The notes below the pieces were generated by a model. The model was not told the DNA's origin, searched no databases, and saw only the letters and a program-made list of their open reading frames with translations. A stretch of DNA of 50,194 nucleotides, from assembly GCA_043797665.1 (NCBI GenBank), contig JAZDPL010000046.1:1-50194 (forward strand). Direction: 5' to 3'. The translations under genes and the position numbers were made by a program. Shown one piece after another: positions 22,611-31,191 of this stretch (position 1 is its first letter; each line of letters begins with the position of its first letter). The stretch is from Candidatus Omnitrophota bacterium (GTDB taxonomy: Bacteria > Ratteibacteria > UBA8468 > MWAK01).

Positions 22611-23336
22611 CTATGCCAATGGAACCCGTCCTACCAATTCCAGCATTTCTTTGACCGCTCTTTCTAATCCCACAAAGACCGCTTTGCCGATGATGGCATA
22701 TCCGATATTTAATTCTTCAATCTCCGGAATTGACGCAATCGCAGTGACGTTACGGTAATCCAGGCCGTGACCAGCCGCAGATTTCAGTCCCAATTCTTCA
22801 GCCATCTTTGCACCCTGTTTAATCCGGTTCAGTTCTGCTGTCCTTTCCTGTTCATCAAGAGCATCCGCATACCTCCCGGTATGGAGTTCCACCGACCAGG
22901 CTCCGGATTCCTTTGCCGCCTTAATCTGAACCGAATCAGCGTCAATGAACAAACTTACCGGTATCCCGCTTTCGCGAAAACGGCCGACCACTTTTTTAAG
23001 GGAGTTAATCTGTTCTGCCACCGCTAATCCACCCTCGGTGGTCAACTCTTCTCTTCGTTCGGGAACCAGGGTAACCCAGTCGGGTTTTTCCCGCAGGGCA
23101 ATCTTAATAATCTCTTCGTTAGCCGCCATCTCCAAATTTAATCTGGTTTTTATCACCCGGCGTAAAATGACCAAATCCCTTTCCTGGATATGCCGCCGGT
23201 CTTCGCGAAGATGGCAGACAATGCTGTCGGCACCGGCCATTTCGGCGACCAGGGCCGCGGTCACCGGCTCCGACTCTTTGCCCCGGCGCTGCTGTCTTAA
23301 AGTAGCCACATGGTCGATATTGACGCCTAACTTCAT
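22611..23336 (-). CDS. pdxJ: pyridoxine 5'-phosphate synthase
   Basis: [42 protein letters not shown]. Confidence 0.96.
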   Translation of the reverse strand: MKLGVNIDHVATLRQQRRGKESEPVTAALVAEMAGADSIVCHLREDRRHIQERDLVILRRVIKTRLNLEMAANEEIIKIALREKPDWVTLVPERREELTTEGGLAVAEQINSLKKVVGRFRESGIPVSLFIDADSVQIKAAKESGAWSVELHTGRYADALDEQERTAELNRIKQGAKMAEELGLKSAAGHGLDYRNVTAIASIPEIEELNIGYAIIGKAVFVGLERAVKEMLELVGRVPLA

Positions 23337-23461
23337 ATTTACCTCATTTCTTGTTATGCTGACGTGCTCTGCCCGCAATATTGGGAAAATTGATTTCAAT
23401 GTGGCAAACGTAAAACCAGACAAATATCGCCACCATCAACGCTAAAATCTTTAATCCCCAA

Positions 23462-24280
23462 TTATTTCTGATGATTGCCTGAATCTGTTGTCCGTTTATT
23501 CTTTTCATTAACAACCCCATGTCTTTTCCTCTTGATTACAAAAGCATCGGTCAGTATTTTGGTCAGCCTTTCCGGGATCAAATAGAAGGTAAATTGTCCA
23601 TCTTTCGCTAACGAGACAACCCCCTTCTCTTCCGACACCACGATTACCAGACTGTCGGTCTGCTCGGAAAGTCCCAGGGCGGCCCGGTGTCTGGTCCCCA
23701 AGGCGGGGTCAATGTCGGTCCTTTCGGAAAGAGGCAGAAGGCAGCCGGCACCGGCAATCTTATTCCGGGCGATGATGGCTGCTCCGTCGTGTAAAGGACT
23801 TTCGGGATGGAAGATGGTCAGGAGCAGTTCCTCACTGATATCGGCTTCCAATAATTTACCGGACGGCAGATAATCAGCCAGACCCACCTTTCTTTCTATG
23901 GCAATGAGCGCACCCTTCCGCTCCTGAGCCAGCCGGAAGACCGCCGTAACAATTTTGTGTATCTTTTCCGCACTGAGCCCGGAAACTTCGCCGGCGGGAC
24001 CTGTTTCACCCAGACGCACCAGGGCATTCCGGAATTCGGGTTGGAAGATAATGAGAACAGCCAGGGTTCCGAAAGCCAGCGCTTTTTCCAAAAACCAGTT
24101 CAGCCCGCGTAAACCCAGAATCCGCGAAAGGAACATCGCCAGAAAGACAATGATCAGCCCTTTCAGTAACTGCACCCCTTTGGTTCCCCGGATAATCAGG
24201 AAAAGATAATAAAAGAGGACCGCCAGAATACCGATGTCCAGAAGGTCAACCCAGGATAATTCCCACCCGGAATTAAACAT
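23462..24280 (-). CDS. cdaA: diadenylate cyclase CdaA
   Basis: three TM helices, FQPEFR, GALI, PLHDGA, GTRHRAALG, VVSEE. Confidence 0.93.
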   Translation of the reverse strand: MFNSGWELSWVDLLDIGILAVLFYYLFLIIRGTKGVQLLKGLIIVFLAMFLSRILGLRGLNWFLEKALAFGTLAVLIIFQPEFRNALVRLGETGPAGEVSGLSAEKIHKIVTAVFRLAQERKGALIAIERKVGLADYLPSGKLLEADISEELLLTIFHPESPLHDGAAIIARNKIAGAGCLLPLSERTDIDPALGTRHRAALGLSEQTDSLVIVVSEEKGVVSLAKDGQFTFYLIPERLTKILTDAFVIKRKRHGVVNEKNKRTTDSGNHQK

Positions 24281-24295
24281 TTTTATTAGGGGTTG

Positions 24296-25402
24296 CTAAA
24301 CAATTACCTCTCGTAAAGAATCAATGAACAGGCGGTTCTCTTCCGGCGTACCAATAGTTAGACGGATGTACCGCGGGTATAGTTTCGGGTTATCAACCGG
24401 TCGTACAATCACTCCCTTTTCTTCCAGGCGTTTACAGATTTCCGGAGCATTCTTCTGGAAATCAATCAGGATGAAGTTGGCTTCGGTCGGAAGATACGAA
24501 ATGTTCATCTCGGAAAGTTTCTGGTACAAAAACTGCTTGCCGGTCCGGTTATTTTCCAGGCTTCTGTCCACATGCTGCCGGTCATCCAAAGCCGCGGTCG
24601 CGGCTGCCTGGGCCGGAAGAGTGGTATTGAACGGCGGCCTGATTTTATTCATCTGGACAATGATGCTGCCGTCCGCAATACCGTAGCCAATCCGCAGGGC
24701 TGCCAGGCCGTAGAGTTTGGAAAAGGTCCGCGCGACCAGTAACGGCCGTCCGGAAAAAAAGGAGAGTCCGCTTTCAAAATCCCGGTCCTCAACGTATTCC
24801 GCGTATGCCTCGTCCAGAATTACCATGACCGGGTCCGGTATGACCGAAAGAAAATCAGTCAACGCTCTCTTTTTGATGATGGTTCCGGTGGGATTATTGG
24901 GGTTCCCTAAAATAATCGCCCTGGTCTTTTCTGAAATCCTTTGTTCCATCGCCTTCAGGTCATAGGCAAAATCCTCTTTCAGCGGAACATTTACCGGTGT
25001 GCCGCCGCTCATCAGAACTAAAATTTCGTAGATGGAAAAGGTGGGTTCCGGTAAAAGGACCTCTTCGCCGGGATACAGAAAAGTCAGGAGAGCCAGCGCC
25101 AGTACCTCACTGCTTCCGCTGCCCAGAATAACTTCGGTCGGCTTGATACGATACAGACCGGCTAATTTTTGCCTGAGTTCCTCGCCGGTCCCTTCCGGAT
25201 ACCGGTTTATCTGAGGCAGAATATTGGTGATAGCCTTTAACGCCAACAACGAGGGACCCAGAGGATTTTCGTTGGACGCCAATTTAATCACCCTGTCCAG
25301 CCCCTTTTCTTTAAGGAGGACCGCAATCGGTTTCCCGGGCCGGTACGGAGAAATTCCCCTGAGCGCCGGCCTGACCATCTTTTCAATTATGGAGAACTTC
25401 AT
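24296..25402 (-). CDS. hisC: histidinol-phosphate aminotransferase
   Basis: KLASNENPLG, NPNNPTG, DEAY, RTFSKLYGLAALRIGY. Confidence 0.92.
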   Translation of the reverse strand: MKFSIIEKMVRPALRGISPYRPGKPIAVLLKEKGLDRVIKLASNENPLGPSLLALKAITNILPQINRYPEGTGEELRQKLAGLYRIKPTEVILGSGSSEVLALALLTFLYPGEEVLLPEPTFSIYEILVLMSGGTPVNVPLKEDFAYDLKAMEQRISEKTRAIILGNPNNPTGTIIKKRALTDFLSVIPDPVMVILDEAYAEYVEDRDFESGLSFFSGRPLLVARTFSKLYGLAALRIGYGIADGSIIVQMNKIRPPFNTTLPAQAAATAALDDRQHVDRSLENNRTGKQFLYQKLSEMNISYLPTEANFILIDFQKNAPEICKRLEEKGVIVRPVDNPKLYPRYIRLTIGTPEENRLFIDSLREVIV

Positions 25403-25431
25403 TTTTCTTCCAACTCGACTTGTTTTTATGA

Positions 25432-25481
25432 GTAGGGGTCGGATTCATCCGACCCGCGGGTTCGATAAATCGAACCCCTAC
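25432..25481. repeat. GTAG-type REP doublet; supplies the trpS TAG stop
   Basis: gtaggggtcggattcatccgacccgcgggttcgataaatcgaacccctac. Confidence 0.9.
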
Positions 25482-26455
25482 AGAAGTCCCATTTTCTTTT
25501 TGGCTTCCTGCAGTGTTTCCGAGACGACGGCCCTTACCCTGGCGTTGCCTTCTTCAATAATCCGGTTAACTTCGCCGGAATCCTTTTGAAGATTCTTCCT
25601 TTTTTCCTGGTACGGTACCAGGAATTGAACCAGGATTTCAACCACTCTCTTCTTGCAATCGGTACAACCTAAAGAAGCGGACTGACAATCCGCCTTAATC
25701 TTTTCCGCCTCTTTGCCGTTGTAAAGGAGATGAAGACCGAAGATGGGACAGGCGTCCGGATGGCCCGGGTCCTTCCGATAAGGCCGTAAAGGATCGGTAA
25801 ACATCGTGGCCACCTTTTTCTTAATCTCATCCGGCGCATCGGAAAGGTAGATGGCGTTCCCGTATGACTTACTCATCTTCCGGCCGTCGGTTCCCAAAAC
25901 CTTGGGCGTCGGAGTCAGGACCGCTTCCGGCTCCGGAAAGAGATTCCCGTAGAGATAATTAAACCGGCGCACAATCTCCCGCACCAGTTCCAGATGCGGA
26001 ATCTGGTCTTCGCCCACCGGTACCTTTTCCGCTTTAAAAGAGATGATGTCTGCGGTCTGCAAAACCGGATATCCCAAAAATCCGTAATTGGTTATCTCCT
26101 TGTCCGGCAACTGGGCAATCTGCTCTTTGTAGGTCGGACACCGTTCCAGCCAGCCCAACGGCGTAATCATGGAAAGGAGCAGGTGGAGTTCTGAAATTTC
26201 CGGGACCCTGGACTGAATAAAGACCGTAGCTTTCTTCGGGTCAATGCCGAACGAAAAAAAGTCCAGCAGCATTTCCGAAACATTCTCCCTGATGCCGGAA
26301 GGGTCCTGGTAATCGGTGGTTAAAGCGTGTAAATCCGCAACTTCGTAGAAACACTCATATTCGTCCTGGAGCCGCACCCAGTTGGAAAGCGCACCGGCCA
26401 GATGACCGAGGTGGAGTTTACCGGTGGGCCGCATTCCGCTCAAAATCCTTTTCAT
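25478..26455 (-). CDS. trpS: tryptophanyl-tRNA synthetase
   Basis: SGMRPTGKLHLGH, YPVLQTADI, VPVGEDQ, KMSKS; ATG at 26455. Confidence 0.96.
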   Translation of the reverse strand: MKRILSGMRPTGKLHLGHLAGALSNWVRLQDEYECFYEVADLHALTTDYQDPSGIRENVSEMLLDFFSFGIDPKKATVFIQSRVPEISELHLLLSMITPLGWLERCPTYKEQIAQLPDKEITNYGFLGYPVLQTADIISFKAEKVPVGEDQIPHLELVREIVRRFNYLYGNLFPEPEAVLTPTPKVLGTDGRKMSKSYGNAIYLSDAPDEIKKKVATMFTDPLRPYRKDPGHPDACPIFGLHLLYNGKEAEKIKADCQSASLGCTDCKKRVVEILVQFLVPYQEKRKNLQKDSGEVNRIIEEGNARVRAVVSETLQEAKKKMGLL

Positions 26456-26457
26456 AC

Positions 26458-26477
26458 AGTGGAGATAAGGGGAGTTG
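26458..26477 (-). repeat. 20-bp duplicate of the tRNA-Ala 3' end
   Basis: agtggagataaggggagttg is identical at 26458-26477 and 26579-26598. Confidence 0.9.
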
Positions 26478-26580
26478 GCGCCCTCGGCTCCCACTACGCC
26501 TCGGGTCGGCCACTCGCTGGCATTGCTCTTACTCATCGCAATCCCCGACTTCGCTCTCTTCAACTCCTTTTGTCAGAAAG

Positions 26581-26652
26581 TGGAGATAAGGGGAGTTGAA
26601 CCCCTAACCTCCTGCGTGCAAAGCAGGCGCTCTCCCATTGAGCTATATCCCC
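26581..26652 (-). tRNA. tRNA-Ala(TGC), CCA not encoded
   Basis: GGGGATATAGCTCAATGGGAGAGCGCCTGCTTTGCACGCAGGAGGTTAGGGGTTCAACTCCCCTTATCTCCA folds as a cloverleaf with G3:U70. Confidence 0.96.
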
Positions 26653-26667
26653 AATCTTTAGTTATAT

Positions 26668-26696
26668 ATTGTAACTGTTTCCTGACCCCCTGTCAA
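26668..26696 (-). promoter_or_regulatory. sigma70-type promoter for tRNA-Ala/trpS
   Basis: TTGACA-17 bp-TACAAT ending 16 bp upstream of the tRNA. Confidence 0.75.
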
Positions 26697-26752
26697 AACG
26701 AATTTGACGCGGGAAAAAATTCTTCCTTTGTAGTATAATAGTACTGAATTCT

Positions 26753-27454
26753 ATGAAAATATGGCGGGTGATTGACACGGCTGGCAACACCGGCCGGTGG
26801 AATATGGAGTTTGACCTCAAACTCCTTTCCGAACTTGAAACGGAGAATATTCCACCCACCTTAAGATTTTACCGGTGGGAGCCGCCCGCGGTCTCTTTGG
26901 GCGCAACCCAGAAACCGGAAGAAGAAATCAACCTGGACTTCTGCCATAAAAACGGCATTGACGTCGTGAGGCGTCCCAGCGGAGGCGGCGCCATCTTCCA
27001 CCAGGATGAAATCACCTATTCCTTTGTCGCCAGAACTTCCGACCACAAGACCTTTAACGACCTGCTGACTTCTTATTACACCATTATTGAAGGCTTGAAA
27101 AAAGGTCTGGAAAAGATTGGCGTTCACGCAGAAATACGGGGCGGTAAAAGTTGTGGTCCGGAAAGATACTTGCCCTGCTTTGCTCTCTCCAGCCGGCATG
27201 ATTTGGTGGTCGGCAATAAAAAGATTATCGGCAGCGCCCAGCGCCGGAAAAGGAAAATGTTTCTACAGCATGGGTCAATACCATTCTCTTACGAGCCGGC
27301 GCTGATTTCCAGAATCTTTCTCCGACCCGAAACTTTTTTTGAAAAGGCGACTTCTCTCGCGGAAGTTTTGGGCCACCGCCCGGATGAAAACGAAGTGAAG
27401 AAGGCTCTGACCGAAGGCTTGGCAGAAACCATGGAAATCAACCTCCTCCCCTGA
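26753..27454 (+). CDS. lipoate-protein ligase A / octanoyltransferase (LipM-like) family protein
   Basis: NM..D, PTLRFYRW, VVRRPSGGGAIFH, KKIIGSAQ, LQHGSI. Confidence 0.9.
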   Translation: MKIWRVIDTAGNTGRWNMEFDLKLLSELETENIPPTLRFYRWEPPAVSLGATQKPEEEINLDFCHKNGIDVVRRPSGGGAIFHQDEITYSFVARTSDHKTFNDLLTSYYTIIEGLKKGLEKIGVHAEIRGGKSCGPERYLPCFALSSRHDLVVGNKKIIGSAQRRKRKMFLQHGSIPFSYEPALISRIFLRPETFFEKATSLAEVLGHRPDENEVKKALTEGLAETMEINLLP

Positions 27455-27495
27455 GCATTACGAATGCCCTGCTCTACCGCTTAAGCTAAGGTGGC
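27450..27495 (-). pseudogene. 5' half of tRNA-Thr(CGT), no T-arm or 3' acceptor strand
   Basis: GCCACCT TA GCTT AAGCGGTA GAGC A GGGCA TTCGTAA TGCTC AGG; no complementary AGGTGGC follows. Confidence 0.75.
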
Positions 27496-27539
27496 GAGAG
27501 TCTTAATTGGCGTTTCCTTTTTATTACCTACTGTGTGTA

Positions 27540-28667
27540 TTAGTACGTTCCGTACCTCCGCCCGGCCTCGACCAGGGCAACGATATTCTCGTCCGGTGTC
27601 CAGTAGGGCGTCTGGTCCCCAACACCGAGAATGAAGCCGCCGCCTCTCTTGGCATCCTGCATGCAACGCAAAACTTCGTTCTCCACATCTTTCGGCTTTC
27701 CCTGCAGCATGGTTTCTATGGAATTGACATTGCCACGAAGCGAAATCCTGTTGCCGAAAAGACGTTTGACCTCTCCAAGGTCCACGTCTCCTGTCGAAGG
27801 CCGTTCCAAGGCGTCCATGCCATTGATCCCGGCTTCGACGAGAATCGGGATTGCGTGGCGTGACCTGCCACACATGTGATATTGCACTGGGATGTCGTAT
27901 ATTCGGGCTTCGGCTGTAATTGCCTGCACGAAACCGACGATATACTCTTTCAAATATTTTGGCGAGATGACCGACATAGAGGTTGTCGAACCGCCCAGTC
28001 CGATAGAATCGACCATCAGGCGGTGGTTTTTCAGGAGACGTCGCGTCATGGCTACCGCATAATTTGTGTATTCCTTGAAAAAATCCGCAATGAGATGAGG
28101 ATAATCCACGAAGTCATAGATGGCAACCTCGGGGCTCCTTCTTAGCAAAGACCACCAATCCACCGGCGTTGGAAGCCAGAACCCACAATGGCCAAGATCC
28201 CCAACATATCTCCAGTCCGAAATGTAGGGAGTGAAGTCCTTGCTGTCAGGGTTCTTCAACAGTTCCAGAATTTTGTCCCGGTCTTGCTGTGGGTCCTGTA
28301 CAAATCCCTTCACGGTGGCGATAGATTCCGTGCGAGTTATCTTTTTGATGCTCTCCAGGTTTCCTCTCTTCGTATGAAGAATCTCGGTGTAGACGACCTC
28401 ATCGTCGGATTCGTGGATGCTTTCCGTGGAGGTCTCGGGGTCTTTAGGTGAAGGCCCTTCGCAAGAATGAAGGAAAACGTCAGATCCGAAGGCACGCTCG
28501 ACGTCGCACCTCGTTTTGTTTAGGTTGCGCTTTTCCCTCCAGAAGAATTCGATGTAATTCAGACCTGACTTCCTTACGGGAACCATTTCGCTCAGTCCCA
28601 GTGTTACCGGAACGCAATCCGGCTGTGTATTCTTCAGCGCCGCGATGATTCTTTGCTTGGGAGTCAT
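27540..28667 (-). CDS. uroporphyrinogen decarboxylase (URO-D/CIMS-like) family protein
   Basis: MTPKQRIIAAL...PDCVPV, YHMCG, LRGNV, GGGFILGVGDQTPYWTPDENI. Confidence 0.85.
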   Translation of the reverse strand: MTPKQRIIAALKNTQPDCVPVTLGLSEMVPVRKSGLNYIEFFWREKRNLNKTRCDVERAFGSDVFLHSCEGPSPKDPETSTESIHESDDEVVYTEILHTKRGNLESIKKITRTESIATVKGFVQDPQQDRDKILELLKNPDSKDFTPYISDWRYVGDLGHCGFWLPTPVDWWSLLRRSPEVAIYDFVDYPHLIADFFKEYTNYAVAMTRRLLKNHRLMVDSIGLGGSTTSMSVISPKYLKEYIVGFVQAITAEARIYDIPVQYHMCGRSRHAIPILVEAGINGMDALERPSTGDVDLGEVKRLFGNRISLRGNVNSIETMLQGKPKDVENEVLRCMQDAKRGGGFILGVGDQTPYWTPDENIVALVEAGRRYGTY

Positions 28668-28974
28668 GTGTGCCTTTTACTTGTGTTGATCATGACCCTA
28701 AAAATACCCCAAGCCGCCTTCTTTAACAAGTCGGTATTAGTCCGCATAGCATCATCCTCTTTACACAATGGGGTTGTCAGGCAGGTAATGGAAAAGAATG
28801 TTTTCTAAAAAGAAAAGGGAGGGCGAAACTCTCCGGGTCCAGTCTGGGTCATAGTATGAATCCGGATAAAAACAGTACTCAGCTATGATTATTATCCGTC
28901 TCTCTTTCCCATACGTGCTGTTCCCATCCAGGCAACGCTTTTAGCGTTTGTCTGGTTATCAGTTTCCTTTCCTA

Positions 28975-31191
28975 TTAGCAAATCAAAGAGAACAAATATC
29001 CCTTGGGATTAACTTCAACATCAATAGGAAAATTATTTTCATTTAAACAAATTTCCTGCGAATGATTTATCCAGATATCTTTTATCTGCAGTTCTTCCAA
29101 ACCAGGGAAGTACTTTCCTGGGATCAAAAGTCTTGTCAGTAATTTTGTACCGGTTGGATTAAACGCCGCCAATAGCCCTCTCCCTCTTCCATCTATGTGA
29201 ACAATAGCATCAATCTGGTTTCCTGTTGGACAAGACAAATGGATAGTATCCTGGCGAAGGAGCTCATTATAATCTTTCATAAAACCGAGCCATTTCTTTA
29301 TTATGTTTTTTGTCTGGTTATTGTTGTATACCTCTTCACCAAGCATAAATAGATTTGTTCCAAAAGCGCAGATTGAAGCGAAGTAATAATCCAGAAAAGC
29401 AGGATCTTTCAATATTTTTGTATGAAACATAACATTTTCATCAACCCAGACACCATACTTAAGTGCAGTATTTGGGATAAAAAATGTTGACAGATAAAGA
29501 CATTCCCTGAGTTTTAGGATAAATCTGTAAAGGTCTTTATGGGTGGCAGTTTCTGTGTGATATGTTGGAAAACCGCAGTTGCCGTGAAATACTGACTGAA
29601 GGAAATCAGGAGCCATGAGCCGTATTCCCTTATCGCGGTAATAGTTGTAAGTTTCCATCTGGCACCTCCAATTCAAGTACTGGGATTCTTCAGGGCTGGA
29701 ATGTTTGTGCTCATCCGAATAACAAAGGTCCCCATAATAATTACCGTCCCAATCAAATGCATCGAGACCAATTTCCCTGACCAGACGTTTCGTTTTTTCG
29801 TGTCGGTATTTATGCCAGCCGCCCGAAGCACACATGACGTTATACGATTTTCTTCCGCTGGGAACTTTCAGGGCGTATTCAGGATGGTCTTTTACAAAAT
29901 CCTTATGTACGCCAATGTCCCGGCTGACACAACGGCCATCGTCGTCGGTCAGGTAAAGTGTCGGCCAGTGGTCGCAAGCGCATTCTCCCATAACATAGGC
30001 ACCCACCTTCAACCCCTTTGAATGAGCGCAGTCGGCAACGGCTTTCATATCACGGGTGCCGTTTGGGAATTCCGGTCTTGGCTCAAAGTCACCGAAGTTT
30101 GAAATCCATAAAGTTGAAGCAAACTGCCAATAATCGAAACCAACCTCCGCTGCTTGATTAATTGTGTGTTTAAGAGGAGCAAGATCAGCTTTTTTTGTTT
30201 CTCTAATTTTCTTTGAAACAGATTCCTTCCAATATGTATGTTGGAATTCTGTGACAAAGTTGTCTATCCAGGGACATAATTTCCTGACCATTTTACGTAT
30301 AGACAGACCCCCATCTTCGTAGTCGCCTTTGAAAAGCGTCATATATGTTTTAAACGATTCGAATTTTTCTCCCGGCCTGACTATTACTCTAGGACCTGCC
30401 GGGTATTTTGTGAGAACCTCCTGCGGTGTGGACTGTCCAAGACTGGCGATGGAACCTGGATAGAGCGAGAAAGGTTTTTTTTCGGTGGGCGGGTTGATTA
30501 TGGAGCTGGCTCCCTGGTAATACGAAACATAATCATTAGTTAACGTAAACCCAAAAGTTTCGTCTCTTTTTGATGAATGATCGATCCAAATTATTGGAGA
30601 ATTTCCCTCAGGAGAGAAATCATATCTCCCGAAAAGAAAAGGATGTTTTTCTGGATTTAAAGGATGATACGTAGGAAAAACTGTCCTTGTTATTTCACAC
30701 CAGCGGGATACAGGTGCTGGCATTGTAAGAACTTCAGGCTGGCATGGAGTAACCTCTATCTCTTTACGGCTTTTATTTACCAGTTCAACCCACTTAACAA
30801 TAAATACTTCGGTGTCCGCTATCCGGTAAAAGATATTCAAGATTAATCCTTCGAATTCACGGGAAACTGGCTGTAGATTAACCCTGAGCGTAAGGATATC
30901 TTTTCCCCTTTGCACATAATGGTTCTTGTATTTAAAACTTTCGCCCAAACCAACATCGAACGTCTTCCCGTTAATCCCCAACCGGGCCTCCCTACTTGGA
31001 GTACTCTTTACAGTGATTTCATTGTCTATGCCGAGGGTTGTTTTGGGGTTAACCAGATTACGACCATCTTCTTCGAACACAAGTTCCGTTGTCCGAAAAG
31101 CTTGCTTTATGGAAAAAGAGCGCTTAATAATCCCATTTTTTAAGGTAATTTTATCACCTTCGATGATACACTCAGACTGTTTAGGAGTCAT
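28975..31191 (-). CDS. putative glycoside hydrolase, GH36/clan-D-like TIM barrel
   Basis: N-terminal beta-sandwich; AAEVGFD, FPNG..MKAVADCAHSKGLKVG and LDAFDWD resemble GH36/27 motifs. Confidence 0.6.
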   Translation of the reverse strand: MTPKQSECIIEGDKITLKNGIIKRSFSIKQAFRTTELVFEEDGRNLVNPKTTLGIDNEITVKSTPSREARLGINGKTFDVGLGESFKYKNHYVQRGKDILTLRVNLQPVSREFEGLILNIFYRIADTEVFIVKWVELVNKSRKEIEVTPCQPEVLTMPAPVSRWCEITRTVFPTYHPLNPEKHPFLFGRYDFSPEGNSPIIWIDHSSKRDETFGFTLTNDYVSYYQGASSIINPPTEKKPFSLYPGSIASLGQSTPQEVLTKYPAGPRVIVRPGEKFESFKTYMTLFKGDYEDGGLSIRKMVRKLCPWIDNFVTEFQHTYWKESVSKKIRETKKADLAPLKHTINQAAEVGFDYWQFASTLWISNFGDFEPRPEFPNGTRDMKAVADCAHSKGLKVGAYVMGECACDHWPTLYLTDDDGRCVSRDIGVHKDFVKDHPEYALKVPSGRKSYNVMCASGGWHKYRHEKTKRLVREIGLDAFDWDGNYYGDLCYSDEHKHSSPEESQYLNWRCQMETYNYYRDKGIRLMAPDFLQSVFHGNCGFPTYHTETATHKDLYRFILKLRECLYLSTFFIPNTALKYGVWVDENVMFHTKILKDPAFLDYYFASICAFGTNLFMLGEEVYNNNQTKNIIKKWLGFMKDYNELLRQDTIHLSCPTGNQIDAIVHIDGRGRGLLAAFNPTGTKLLTRLLIPGKYFPGLEELQIKDIWINHSQEICLNENNFPIDVEVNPKGYLFSLIC

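Noticed and set aside
26456..26563. 36-aa N-terminal extension of TrpS
   Set aside because: Reads through the tRNA-derived element; TrpS similarity begins at MKRILSG (26455).
26456..26580. T-box riboswitch upstream of trpS
   Set aside because: No GGTGGNACCGCG T-box motif or terminator/antiterminator; the segment is better explained by a tRNA 3'-end duplication.
26704..26739. TTGACG / TATAAT promoter for the lipoate ligase gene
   Set aside because: The 24-bp spacer is too long for a canonical sigma70 promoter; only the -10 box is convincing.
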